Of a DNA stretch of 64,000 bases, positions 26,767-40,623 are shown piece by piece (the stretch's first letter is position 1; every line of letters begins with the position of its first letter). The notes under the pieces are model-generated. The model made no database searches. It worked only from the letters and a program-made list of their open reading frames with translations, and was not told where the DNA came from. The stretch comes from Antedon mediterranea (Eukaryota > Animalia > Echinodermata): positions 310,001 through 374,000 of the forward strand of contig NC_092673.1 of assembly GCF_964355755.1 (NCBI RefSeq). Direction: 5' to 3'. A program made the translations under genes and the position numbers.

Positions 26767-26896
26767 AGCGTGGTTCCCATTGGACGCATAACACAAGTGT
26801 TAATGATCAATCACAGTTTGGATGATCCGTGGAGGAAATTTCCTCCTCTGGGCGCGCTTAAATCCTTGCGTTGCGTCTCTTAGTGGGAACCAAGCT
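26767..26896. mobile_element. MITE family 2 copy
   Basis: AGCGTGGTTCCCA ... TAGTGGGAACCAAGCT; TAA/TTA flanks. Confidence 0.82.
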
Positions 26897-27296
26897 TTAA
26901 CATTTTAGTAATTTGTCGCAAGAAATTTGCACTGCGATTTTCTGTATGTAACTGCAGGCGATTGATTGAAATTATTCGGAAATATATACTGCCGAAAATT
27001 AAGATCCTCGTATCGAGTATTTAAACTTAATTCCGTTTTCGTGGTTCGGATAGAATTAGGTTGTATATTCAGCACACACAGCCGTTGACGAATAAACAAG
27101 AAGAGAGATTTGATAGTTTACCGACAGTCGTTTGAGGTGTGTGTTGCAAGTTCCACCTGTCATACCGTGACTTTATCTCTTTAAATATTAGTTTTACAGT
27201 ACTATTTCTAGTACTGTGTCACCATTCACTGAGTATAATGATTTGAGATGCTGCTACAAAAAATGACTGACACTCACGAGAGAAATTTGTATTTTA

Positions 27297-27440
27297 AGCT
27301 CTGTCTACATTATCAAACTTTTATTTGACAACAAAAATGTAATGTGCCCATATATAGACACGATGATGTCATATCACTACCACATTTGGGCACATCAAAC
27401 TTTTTTTTTGTCAAACTAGTTTGATATTGTAGACAGAGCC
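27297..27440. mobile_element. MITE family 1 copy
   Basis: AGCTCTGTCTACATTATCAAACT ... AGTTTGATATTGTAGACAGAGC. Confidence 0.85.
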
Positions 27441-28932
27441 TAACAATTGGTTTACAGAAACACACTACTGCCAATGAAGTTTGATAAAAATGCCATTATC
27501 GTATTTAACTCAATATGTTTAGGCTAAGTAATACATTTTTGTAAGCACGTTGAATTTCACCCCGAATTGACTGCTGCTGAACTAATACAATACTTTGTTT
27601 CCAAATCGTCAGTTTCCTTACCTTTAGGCAGGAATTGACCTTTTGCGCAATATCAAAATTCCATGGCGTTCAATGACTGATTCGTTATTATTGACGTATT
27701 TTTAGTATTGACTAAAACAAATCACAACAAGTAGTAGTGATAAAGGGAATTTCTCCTACGGGGAAATAGCCTAATAACCTTGTAAAGAATCCACATTTGA
27801 CATTCAAATGGTTTCTCTTTTCTTCATTGAAAATGTTTTCAATATTAATTTTCAGTCCAAATATAGTTTTCATTTCAAATATAGTTTTTAACAGAAAAAA
27901 AACATACTACAGACGATACTGCCTTTGTCAGTGTAAAACGAATATATTCCAAACGAGATCACGGACTACTACAGACGACGAGATTATTCTCCGATGTTTT
28001 CGTCAAAATTAAATTCCATAACAAGATTTTATCCACGTAAACTCGGTGATCAGACAGAAAGTCCAAGAATTACACAACAACTAGGAATATGGAGTTCAAT
28101 ACACGATATATATATCATCTCTTTATAATGAATTTATAGTAATTAGTAGAAAATGGACATTAAAATCATCACGAGTTTTGTAATGTAATGATGTTCAATT
28201 TATAAAGCGCTTATTCTATAAAAAGATTGTCCCAAAGCACTGAGAGAAAAAACAGAAAGAAATTACAAAGAAAAAAAGATGGGGTTTTAAGAGTGTTTTG
28301 AAAACTATGATAGAGGGTGCATTTTTAATATATTTGTAGAAATAAACAAGATTCAACGGACTAAAGCTATTTTTAGATATGTTGATATTTTGATTAATTT
28401 GTCTTATTTTTTAGTCTGTATAGACCAGTTGTGTCAGCTGGTATTCGTGGCTTTATTAACATGGATTATAAAGCTGGCGCAATTCCGTAAACTGGGCCGA
28501 TGACTACATATTCACTGTCTCTGAACCCTGTATACAGACAAATCCCATGATTAATATAACATTTATACAGATCATCCGATTAGTTTACAGATTTTATGTA
28601 TCTTTCTGATTTATGTAGATGTAGTGCTGGAGACATTCGACAAATATTACACTATCATTTGGATTAACTGGACGACATAACACTGCTTTTGCCAGACGTA
28701 TATTATAGTGTGACGGTGTAACATATTTTTCGGTGAAAAAGGTGCTGTGGTTGCAATTATGTCAGTTATTTTATTTTAAGCCATTGGTCTCTACTGCACG
28801 TGTTTTATATCGTAAGCGACCTAAGCGCATTTGAACAATGGATTGTGGTGATGGGTCAACTCAGTTGCGTTGCGCTGCGTCATTTTGTTTCGTCCAATCT
28901 TTACGCGTGTTTGTTTGTACTACCAGGTGTTA

Positions 28933-29054
28933 AGCTCTGTATACAAACTTTATGTGATGTGCCCATTATATTAATATGATGATTTCATATCACCGCCATA
29001 TTTGGGCACATCACAATTATTTTATCAAACTAGTTTAATATTGTAGACAGAGCT
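28933..29054. mobile_element. MITE family 1 copy
   Basis: AGCTCTGT ... GTAGACAGAGCT with TTA on both sides. Confidence 0.82.
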
Positions 29055-32000
29055 TTAATCAACAGGTAACCAACCGCGCCTGTCCGAGGGAAAATATTTT
29101 ATTGTTGATGTTCTCGGTAAAGTGTACCGTACGCACATTAGATTGCTTATCGACATGTTATGTGATGTAAACACATTAGACCTGTCTTCCAAGAAAAACG
29201 ACTGGTTTTGTTATTTTAAGCAATAAAAAACAGGTTCGTTTCCGCTAGTTCAAATAGCTAAACTGTGTATGTTTGGCTTATATTTAATCGATTTTGGTAG
29301 ACATTCCTGTTTTTTTCCTACTTCTAAAACAGCTAAAGAGTTGTAAAATGATTTTTAGTTTCTCGTAGATATAATCTATTTGAAGTTGTCATAATTCCAA
29401 GTCACGTCATTGAACGAACAAACAAACAGCAGGATCTAATTGGAATATTATTAGAGATGGACGTAACCTTGTATGAATCAAGATACAGATCCTGCTGTAT
29501 TGTGGTAAATGTATGTTCGTTCACTGACTTTTCAGAGCTCACGCAACTGTTTGTTTCGTGCGAAATATTTGTTGTTGTTGTTTTGTTTACAAAATATTTT
29601 TTTATCCATCCTTTATTCGAACATAGCCTAAAGCACCTGTTCCTGGTATAAGTATAATGGTATAAGTTCCTAGTGTATACGTATAATGGTATAAGTTTCT
29701 GGTATAAGTATGGTATAATTCCTGGTATAAATATTATATAGTTCTTTATTGTTCATGATTGGTTTTTTTGTTTATTGATTGATTCTCTTTTTGTATTCGT
29801 TTTATTAATATTTGGCATGTTAAGTACATGCTTAATTTCGTTCACCTTGCAAGGATTCTGGTGCCAATGAATCCATTGACTGCGCGGCGTTCCAAACTTC
29901 TTCTGGCACAAGTCCAGCCTCAACACCAGTCAGCAAACTATACTTTCCATTCATGGAAGGATTTTATTTCAGAATACATTGAGTGCGGTAAACCCGAGTT
30001 CGTTGAATCGTAGCACAATCCCTCGCGAAAAAAGGACCTTTTTACGTTGCAGTTTGTCTATTTTGAAGGTTATTTACCAATGTTACTCATAGCTTTCGTG
30101 TTATTCACCTTAATGCCTGTAGTTTAATTTGAAGTCAATATGCACATCATGTTTACTGAATAAATTGATATTAACGTTGATTTGGCGTTACTGCACTTGC
30201 ATGTTTTAACTCCACAACCAACAATCCGTAATAAACAACTCGTTGCACTCCGGTAAAGTTTGTTAATTGCACTCAGCTTCGCTGATTGGTGGATACTTTA
30301 GTGGTGTAATTCTAATTGGCCAACAAGAATCCCCAAGAAGAGTTATTCTATTCAGAAGGTTATTTGCTTTATTTGCCGCCTTTATTAACGAACCTTTTAA
30401 TGCTTACATAGTATTAGGCCTACAGTACAAATTATAGTAAAATGATTTGATGATGATGATGCACAATCACGTTGAGCCGGGGAGCAAATTGTTTTCTTAA
30501 CTCGAACTACTGACGGATATAGGTCGCATTGTTGTGGGGCGTCCGATAAATAGGTTTATCGGCTGTAAACCATATGTTGGTAGATCCACACTTGTTCGTT
30601 TCCATCAGACTCCGTCAATATTAAAGCATGGAGGCGTTTGTTTTAATTTACAGGTTCACTAATTGAATATAGGCCTAGTATTACTACAGTCTCATTTCAT
30701 ACCAAACTATGGCGCGCCATAACAAACTTCTGACTTCATACATTACGTATTTTTGGAAGTTGTAATTTATAGATGGGCCGTCAATGCGCACTGAGCTTGG
30801 TGGTGCAAACACGGGTTGCCGTCTCCAGTCAGAACGAACAATTTTACTAGCATATATATATTTATATATAAACGTGACTAAACGTGAATGAAAGTTCATA
30901 TTAATTGAAAATCAACCTTGTAATTTACATTAATTTCTCAAGGTTTATGTAAAGAAATTAAATTTAAATAAAACGGCAAAGTTTGACATTTCACAGACGT
31001 AAACTGATATTTGTTACTAAATATAAATACATGAAAATCATCAATTAAAGTAACCTAGAGACAACTTTTTTAATATTAAGTGTTTATCTTGTAAAGGTCA
31101 TAATACATTCAAATTATGTGTTTATAGAAATAAAATCTGTTAGGCCTACAACTTATTCATGTCGTAATTCATTTATTATCAATTGTTTTTTTTTATCAAA
31201 AGTATAATATAATATAATGCCAATGTTCGTTTTTCGTTTAAATTGAAATTAGAGCAAAGAGCAAATTAGTTATAATTATAATTGTAATAATTTTTAATAT
31301 CTGCAATAGGCCTATCTTCTGTCGTGCAATATAGAGGCCTCAAACAGGGTTTAGTCAACAGTAAATGTGCGCTTTATTAGTGTCTCTTTATTCTATATTT
31401 TTAAACAGCGTCCTCTGTCGCAATTGATGTGTCATGGTTATCAAAGTACATTAATGTCTTTTTATTTAGACACCTTCTAATACTAATAGTCGGCGTTTTT
31501 GTAATTACATTTTTGTTCTTAATCTGGCATTTTCCATGTTTATGTTGCAAGTGACCTGATATTTTCCTCCAAGCCTAAACACACTAAGGACATTTTAATC
31601 GGTTGCCAAATAATAACTTTACCCAGCGATTATTTCCTTAAAACCTGTAGCGGAAGGAACCCTTTTATTATACCACATTCCTAACCTATTGAAAAACCTA
31701 CCACGTGCCAAAAATGCATTTTTAAATTCAGCAACAAAAGCCTTCAAGATACGAGTATTTTTGTTAAAACTACCATATACACAAACCAATTAAAACACGC
31801 AAAGCAAATAGATGATTGTTAGCAAAGTTCAGCACCACTTAAACGGTGTTTTGAATAATTACCGATACTTATATTTTATCAAATTAATCGTTTTCAATCT
31901 TTAAACGTCTTAATCATTACTTGTTACGGTTCTCTTTTAATATTCGTCGCACAATCCTCGTTCTATTGCCGTCGTCGTCTACCACCGCCGTCGTCGTCAT

Positions 32001-34151
32001 CGTCTACCAAACATAAATCGTAAAATAATAGAGTGTCGAAGTGCCTGTTGCACAAAACCTTTTCTTTGCAACACGTCGCGCAGTCGGTTTACGGTAGTTC
32101 TAATAATACATCCATCTTGATGTAAGTCGTGATGATGAACGGGAAACGAAAACCATGGCGAACAAAATAGGCGAAACAGTTATCTGAAACAATTACTTTT
32201 CGAAAATCAAATTAATATGTCTAATTTGTCCAAACCGCAGATATGCAACATATTACTTGAAGTGAAGCGTATATTCGTTGAAATTGTATAATGTTTTAAT
32301 TACAACAATCGGACCGTTTATATAATTACGGACAGTGTAGAACATCTTTAATAAATGTCTACTTTTAAATTCGATAAAGGATTATAAATAAGTTGAACTT
32401 ACCAGATAAAGTTAGCTTAACCAAAACAATATAAATGTTGGATTAATAACGTGTTGTGTAGTGTACTAATTTGTACACATTCGCCTCTATCGTATCAGTT
32501 GCGAAAGACTGCGCTTTTATAACACATTAATATTCCGTCAAACCAATCATCGCTTAGGTAAATACATCATCTGAATGACCCCCCAAATAGACCCGATACA
32601 ACAGGGGTATCGGCGTCTGCCAATCACGCGAGACCCATCACGCAAGTCTGATAACTACCTCGTGGGCACGCGTCATCGGTAAACTTTTCCCCGCGATGAT
32701 TATAAAAGGTAGGCCTAAAAAAAGAAGTTCGTGACAGGACAGGCCTAGAAAAAGGCACACTTTAAACTTAAAGTCATCCGGGTTCAGTAAAAGGGCATGT
32801 GTTGTTTGTGACCGGCCATATGTATTCTTATGAGATTAAAAATCGTGTCTTCTTTTATATCTGTGACGTGGATCAAAGAACGACACTGAAAGCAGTATTT
32901 ACTCTTTCTTTTTGCCTGTGAATCTGGTCAAATAAGGGACATAACCTCTACATACCAATTGTAAGCAAGCTATTGGTATTTATTTGACTATTGTGTAACA
33001 AAACTATTATATCAACTAAAGAACCGTTCGTTAACTTTCAATAGGTTTAATATTCACGCGATGAATACGGTACGGAATAATGAAAACAGTTTAATTGTCG
33101 GGCAATTGAACATTCTTAAAACATCCACACGAACAAATTAAACAAACTTACCGTTTATAATTATTATGATTTCACCTGCTCATTAGATATGTTTAAAAAT
33201 GTTCGCAATTATGTATCACTGATTGGTCATCTATATTAATTGTTAAAGCTTATCCCCTGCGAATTTTTTTTTTTTTAAATATGCTATTTTAATGTTAGGG
33301 CCTACAGTTATTCACTTCAACAACAAAATAAATCAAACACAAAATTATTTACCTCAATAAACTGTAATTTGGGGCAAACAACATTAAAATTGTCTGTCCG
33401 TCGACAATGGTGTTTTGAACCGTTTATTTTGTCTTTTTTTTAAATCAAAATATATAGTTTGAATCCTAAAATTTGAGGTAAATAGATATTACTTGGAAAT
33501 ATATCGGTCATGTGACTATCCTGAATTAATACACTGGATAATTTATGTTTTGTGTTTTACCGCATTGGTTAAAATTAACTATTATTAACAATGACTTTTT
33601 GTTGTATTGAACTATTTCTAGGAAGTGTGGAACACGTGGAAAGTCAGCAGATAGGTACGATCTGGTGGAGGTGCACTAAGCAGTACAAGGTTCCTCTGTC
33701 AAGGGTTCAGACGATATTCCAGGTAACCCTGTACTATTCGTTCTTTCATATCACGCGCCCGTCCGGAATGTCCAAATATGGCTATTGTCTTGGTTAATTT
33801 ATTTCAGGAAATTGAGATAATTCAAGCAGTTTTTAATTGACAGAGCTATTATCTTGTTCCTGTGGCATTATATTCCAACTGATGGACTGCTAATTACTAT
33901 AACATTAGTGGTTCATTTCGCGTTCAAGGTTCACCGTATAATTACAGTAACCCGGATAATCCACTCGTCTGTCATGATAACGGCCGATGTGAAACACCCT
34001 TTAATTTCATCACATCAAGTCCGAAATTACATTATCAAAACATGCGTTGCATATAAAGTGTATAGTAAGTATCTATTTCCGAAGTATCATAGGAATATTT
34101 GTTAATACATCACATTTTTTTCACATGTATCTAGTTGTAACCTAACCCTTA

Positions 34152-34260
34152 AACATGGTTCCCACTAGGACGTACGCGCAACGAGTTGACCAATGACAAA
34201 CCACTATTCGAATAATCCATCGCTTGTGATTGGTCAAATCACTTACATTGCGTTACCTGA
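34152..34260. mobile_element. MITE family 2 partial copy
   Basis: TGGTTCCCACTAG..GTTGACCAATGAC..ATCGCTTGTGATTGGTCAA; right end missing. Confidence 0.65.
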
Positions 34261-37166
34261 CCTTACACGCCACCCCTGTCTCCATAAGTAAATCATGCAA
34301 ATAGGTTATCAGTGAGAAGGTGTTTGTTCGTTCGAGCACTAATGTATTAAATATTAACATTCAATATTATTTGTTTGGCAAGACATACGTGAAACCTTCA
34401 CTTGTGTTTCACTGGTCAAGGTCAATCTACTCTTGTACGTAGTCATGTGGCGCCCTAATGCGTTCTTCTACAACTTCACGTCTTTCCCTTGGGTACAATC
34501 CGTTACGCCGTTTCAATCTTTTCTTTCCGTTACAGATGATGTGTACCCTTTTTTGCTGTGTAACGCAATTACTTTTTTCATAAAAACATTATTCGACCAG
34601 TAAACACGGAGTTGCTGTACAACAATTATGAGTACAGTACATAATCAATCAGTTTGTACCATTTTATTGCATGACATTGTTGAAGAATGGCTTTTATTTT
34701 AATTAGACTGATAGCTTCGAATTTCGCATTAATGCATTTTCACTATACAAAAACATTTTACTAATTCTGTCCATTACAATCGGTTTATATTTAAAGTTTA
34801 AAATGTGTTCTATCTAGTTCTGTGAATGGTTACCGTACCGTAGGCGCGCCTACTCATGATTGAATCAATCAATGCTAAAATTATGTTAATGCAAGCTTAA
34901 GTCCGACTTAAAAATGAACGAACATGAAACAACTTCAATTTATCAATTTTAACACGAAGCTGTACAGATTTAAGGAAACTTGTTAACCATTTTAGAATTT
35001 AATTTTAGCCAATAAAAATGTTATTTACCGGAGAGGCGCCAGGTCGTAACAAATTCGCAAAACATGTCCTAATTTGATTTCTTTTCTCCGATTCAAAATT
35101 AGGTAAGTAGGTCTGAAGGGTCCATAGTTCACCACACGTTACGCTTATGACGTATGAAAGGAACAGGATCGAAATATCGAACAGGCTTTATAACTAGGAG
35201 TTGCTGCGTGCGTGTAAGGTATCAAAATCGTGTGTATCGTGGAGAAGCCGCGCGCGTGAAGTATCGAAGTACAGTGGCGTCACGTCCGTATCAAGGAGTA
35301 ATTGCGCGACGGTTGCCGCGACATTAGTATGCATACTTATAGTTGGCTTTGTGCTCTACTTTGTTCTTTGACTAAAAACCTACAACTAAAACAAAGTTCC
35401 GTACAAAGGCATACTATTACTACTACACACAAATTCTCTTCTGGGGTTTCTCCTCCATCTGATGTGTGATGTAGCGCCACCAATTGTTTCTGAACGTTAC
35501 AGTAAAGAGAACTTAAACTTATCATTTGTTTGACACACTTTTAGTTACAGCATTAATAATAAAATCTTGATTTGCGCACATTTTCCACAACTTTGTAACT
35601 CTTAACATCTCGTACTTAGTGTACCGTGTAATTGATGTAAGTCTGTAAAGAAAATTGTACAACCCTTTTTAAAGCGTTCTCTTTAATTCTTTATTAAATA
35701 TAAAAATTGTTTATTTTATGGTGGAATAAATTACAAAATGTAGTAGTATTGTGGCAATATAATGAAGGAATGCTAATTGATACACGAAATAAACTTGTTT
35801 TAAGCCTACTTTACAGAATCTACTGGCGACCTTTTACCGACAGGTAACATAGAACAGTTTTGTACAATCTTTATTATTATATTTAGACGTTCACAAACAT
35901 TTATAGAGTATTTCTTAATACAGAATGACCGGGTCATACTTGAAACATGATAGGAACGTGTCGAAATTGTTCGCTTCCAAGTTCTCTGAGTTGTTTTGTT
36001 GGACAAAACCGTCTCTAGGCTACGCAGTTCATCATATCTGTGTCAGGAGGGACGATGAGAGAGGCAAGCGTGAACTGTGGGTCTGATGCCTGCTGAGATT
36101 TCTATGCCATCGTTCATCCTTTGTCAACTCTATTTCATGGTGTTTCATTTGCTTCAATTGAAGTACAGACAAAATATGGTGTACACAACCGTTTGTAATT
36201 TAAATTAAACAGATTAATTGTGGTTTTTCAGCCATTAATCATTACCTATTGGTTTAATCACATTACTTAACAACGCTAAGAAAAAAGAACAAAAGTAGAA
36301 ACGGCCAAAGATCAATAAAAAGGAGTTCAAATAAAGAGTAATCAATTCAATGAGTGTTGAATGTTTGGTTGAATAAACTAGTGTACGTTCAGATGAATTC
36401 GCCAAAGAATCACAAAGAATAAATTCTACCGTATTTGTTAACCATATTTCCGCTTATGCTGGTTACATTTGAGGGCCTACCGTATTTATCGTAATTTTCC
36501 TCATAACCCGCCTTTTGGATAGAGATCCATTTATACCAAAAATGTTTAGTGTCGACAGTGTTTTTAAAACCAATTTTAAAATGTTGATTTCGTTAGATTA
36601 TACAATCGTTAATAGCGATATTGTTCAATGTGGAAACGAACCCACGACGCTGTGTTTTACTAAAGAATGGGTAAGCCTTAATGAAAATCGCTGACTCTGC
36701 GAAAATACATGGTATTTCGCTGTAGTTAGGTCGCGTTTCTCACGTGTTGACGACGCGTTACCACCAATGCATCTTGCACGAAAACTATTAATTACGTATG
36801 GAAATGTTAATTGAAGGCGACTTATTTCCGTCTGTGATTTAATGACCCATATATGAAACGCTTTTCGCCGGACGGATGATGTTTAAAATGTGCGAATGTT
36901 TTTTATATATTTGAAAGGTGGTAACGCCTCGTCAGGTTTTAACTGAAAAACATGTCAAAAATCATTTACTATTGTTTCCTGTACATTGCCAAAAAGACAG
37001 TGTACATTAAGCAAACTCCACGTTCAAAGGCTTAACTTATTAAACATTCGTTATGTAGGTTATGTCATTTTAAGTATATTGGTATGTATATATTATTATG
37101 TACAGCATTACCATCTTTAAGTATTGGTATGTTTATACAGTATTAAGTATTGGTATGTATATATTA

Positions 37167-37348
37167 AGCGTGGTTCCCACTAGCGACGCAACACAACTTG
37201 GACGTAACGCAACGCAAGTGAATTGACTAATCACAAGCGATGGCTTATTCGCTTGTGATTGCTAACTGTCTATAACTTCGCTTGTCATTGGTTAAAACGA
37301 TTGCGTTGCGTTTACGTCCTTGCGTTACGTTCTAGTGGGAACCAAGCT
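37167..37348. mobile_element. MITE family 2 complete copy (PIF/Harbinger-like)
   Basis: TIR AGCGTGGTTCCCACTAG / CTAGTGGGAACCAAGCT, internally palindromic, TTA duplicated on both sides. Confidence 0.88.
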
Positions 37349-39652
37349 TTATGTACAGCATTAAGTAGGTTATTTCTTTTTAAGTATTGGTAGGCCTATA
37401 TATATTATATACAGCATTACCATCTTTAACATTATTATGTATATTATTTTATCCAATCAATTTAATATTTAATATAATTATGCAGGTGCTACTATTTTAT
37501 ATCATTACAAATGTGGAAATAATATGATAAATGTGCGAAGAATACATGATACCGATGACGTCACCGGCAAGTGTTCTTAACCTTTGACATTTATCTACCC
37601 ATCGCTTGTATTGCTTCAACTTTGTCCACCTGCAGCAGAACCACGATATTCAACTTGTACCAACTGATGTCAAGCGGAAGACATCTGTTCCCCAAGGCAG
37701 CGTTATTAATCCGAATTGCTAACACTACCCCGTACATTTACATCCATCATCGATATTTCCTTTTGGCGACAGAACAACTGAACTCTGCAAACACATCCCA
37801 AACTGTGCTTGAAACTTCAACTTTACTTCCAGTTACAGGAATAGTTCAAAGTGATGCGCCGAATAGTGATGACGTGATGACTTTTATTTATTTAATGTCA
37901 ATCACTAAGCTGTTTTATACATTTATTAAATTTCTATAAAATAAACTAGAGCTTGAGAAGTAGGTCGCAAAATATATATAACACCTTTTTTCTGTGAGTT
38001 AATTATTTAAAAAGATGAATCGCAATCGGGATCATATTATATAGAACCATACAATAAAAGGCAGCTATAAGGTTGGTGACGCGCATAACTTTTATCCAAT
38101 CGGGATCGCGCGTTTGGATTTGGTCAATCACGTGACTGCAACCAATCGCTTGATTGTTTAATACTGTTTACCATCGTGAAGGTATTTTACAGGAATCACT
38201 AATTACGGTATTGCCGCGAGTGATTATTATTTTGTTATTGAGCTGAAGAAAGGAGGAAAGCGCAATACGTATTAAACAACAAAACATCGTTTAGATTATT
38301 TTGTTTCCTTTTTTGGACAGCTATTAATTGTTTAATTAATGTATGTATAATTGGCATATACATGTTTCTATACTCGTGTCGTAACAACCCGTTGGAAATT
38401 ATATTTCAAATGCTGTTTATAGACAGGAAAACAGAGGCCTAGATCCAAGAAATACTTCACACCTTACGTATAAACTGACTTTGCATTTTAATTATTATCT
38501 AATTTCAATCGCTTATTGAATTAGTGTCTTTTATTGCACACATAGTCTGGTCAAGGACATACTTACGATGGCCTCAATTCCGCAAATAGATTCTGCTAGC
38601 CTGAGGGAACCTTTCATACAGACCTCATGTTGGAACTGTACCTTTATACTTATACAGTACTGTATATAGAAGATTCTGGTTTTTTTATGGCCATGAATTT
38701 TGGCATCTGGCCTGAAATAGGCATTTAATAACGCAAATTTAAGAAATGTTAATATTAAAGATAGGGCCTAGTTGTTGTTTAGTTTGCGTCTCTTAGCCAG
38801 AAGGATTTGCTGATTGGTAACAGATTGAATTAGATACAAATTAATGCCACTGGCATTGTACATTTCCAAAACTGTTTAATTTGTATCATCCTAATAACAT
38901 TCTTGTAATGGTTTTGGGCATCCTACTCCAAATATGCTGTTATATTATGTCGCCACAATCTATCGCCTGATTCTTACTTGGCGCCAATATGTGTATTACA
39001 ATATATTTTGTTGGTATCTTCTATAGCACTTTGGTATGAAACTTGTCGCCAATGGCTAACTTGACCGCTGCTAATATACTCGACCTTTTCAACCGATGAA
39101 CTCGGCGATACCTTTAGTATTAGTGCCACAATTAGTGGCACGATATTGACAAATATTAATTATAATGTGTGAAATAAATGCCAAAAGGTTGTATATATCA
39201 TATACGTATTATTTCAGGAACTAGCAAGTTCGGCATGTATTATAAATAAAAATGATATCAGATATTAACGAGTTGTTTAATTTAAAATGACTCCCATTAC
39301 ACAGGTATTTAAAGATGGGTGAAATAAAAAAATAAGTACAAAAAATGATCGTTACCGGATTAATAACGAAAACGTACCGAAACTTTAAGGCTAGATTTAT
39401 ATTGATAATTCATTCTAAAATGTTTTATTTATTTTATAGATGGTGCCGATTAGCCCTGACGTTATAAGAACAGTCATGTACAGGAACAGTTACGTTACAT
39501 TTCAGAAGTAATGATAACATGTGAGTTAAGAGATGAACTAAGACACATCAAACTATTATATTTGTTGTTTTTAAATTTTATTCGCACAAAAGAAAGTTTA
39601 TATGTACACCAAGAAAGAATATATTGAAATTAACGTTGAAAACATTCACAAA

Positions 39653-40349
39653 GTATACGTGGGGGTATACAGTATACGTGAGGGTATACAGTATACGTGG
39701 GGGTATACAGTATACGTGGGGGTATACAGTATACGTGGGGGTATACAGTATACGTGGGGGTATACAGTATAAGTGGGGGTATACAGTATACGTGGGGGTA
39801 TACAGTATACGTGGGGGTATACAGTATACGTGGGGGGTATACAGTATACGTGGGGGTGTACAGTATACGTGGGGGTGTACAGTATACGTGGGGGTGTACA
39901 GTATACGTGGGGGTGTACAGTATACGTGGGGGCGTACAGTATACGTGGGGGTATACAGTATACGTGGGGGTATACAGTATACGTGGGGGGTATACAGTAT
40001 ACGTGGGGGTATACAGTATACGTGGGGGTATACAGTATACGGGGGGTATACAGTATACGTGGGGGGTATACAGTATACGTGGGGCGTATACAGTATACGT
40101 GGGGGGTATACAGTATACGTGGGGGGTATACAGTATAAGTGGGGGTATACAGTATACGTGGGGGTGTACAGTATACGTGGGGGTGTACAGTATACGTGGG
40201 GGTGTACAGTATACGTGGGGTATACAGTATACGTGGGGGGTATACAGTATACGTGGGGGGTATACAGTATACGTGGGGGGTATACAGTATACGTGGGGGG
40301 TATACAGTATACGTGGGGGGTATACAGTATACGTGGGGCGTATACAGTA
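39653..40349. repeat. G-rich minisatellite (GTATACAGTATACGTGGGG[G]n, ~19-21 bp) x~34
   Basis: Direct periodicity; source of the six overlapping repetitive ORFs 39624-40508. Confidence 0.98.
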
Positions 40350-40487
40350 TGTCAATTCTGTTTCGTAGAATTCGTCGCAACGTCCCCATCTGCCTGCTAC
40401 TACACCACCTAGGGTATAGGCGAATTTGATTGACAAATTGACCGACAGAAACAAGCTGACCTGCCGTTTGACACACGTAATGTACCG

Positions 40488-40623
40488 CAATGATACCCTG
40501 TCACTCATGTATAGTGAAACGAGTTTGACATTATGATGACGCGTTTCATCAATGATACTGTCACTCTCATGTCTGCTGCTGTATAGTGAAACGAGTTTGA
40601 CATGTTGATGACGCGTTTCATCA
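40488..40623. repeat. Local ~62-70 bp tandem duplication
   Basis: CAATGATAC..TGTCACTC..TGTATAGTGAAACGAGTTTGACAT..TGATGACGCGTTTCATCA twice. Confidence 0.88.

Noticed and set aside
36020-36082. Possible miRNA hairpin (GCAGTTCA...TGAACTGT)
   Set aside because: The stem is too short and the interior poorly paired.
39624-40508. Six long overlapping ORFs (up to 292 aa)
   Set aside because: They are translations of a stop-poor minisatellite on both strands.
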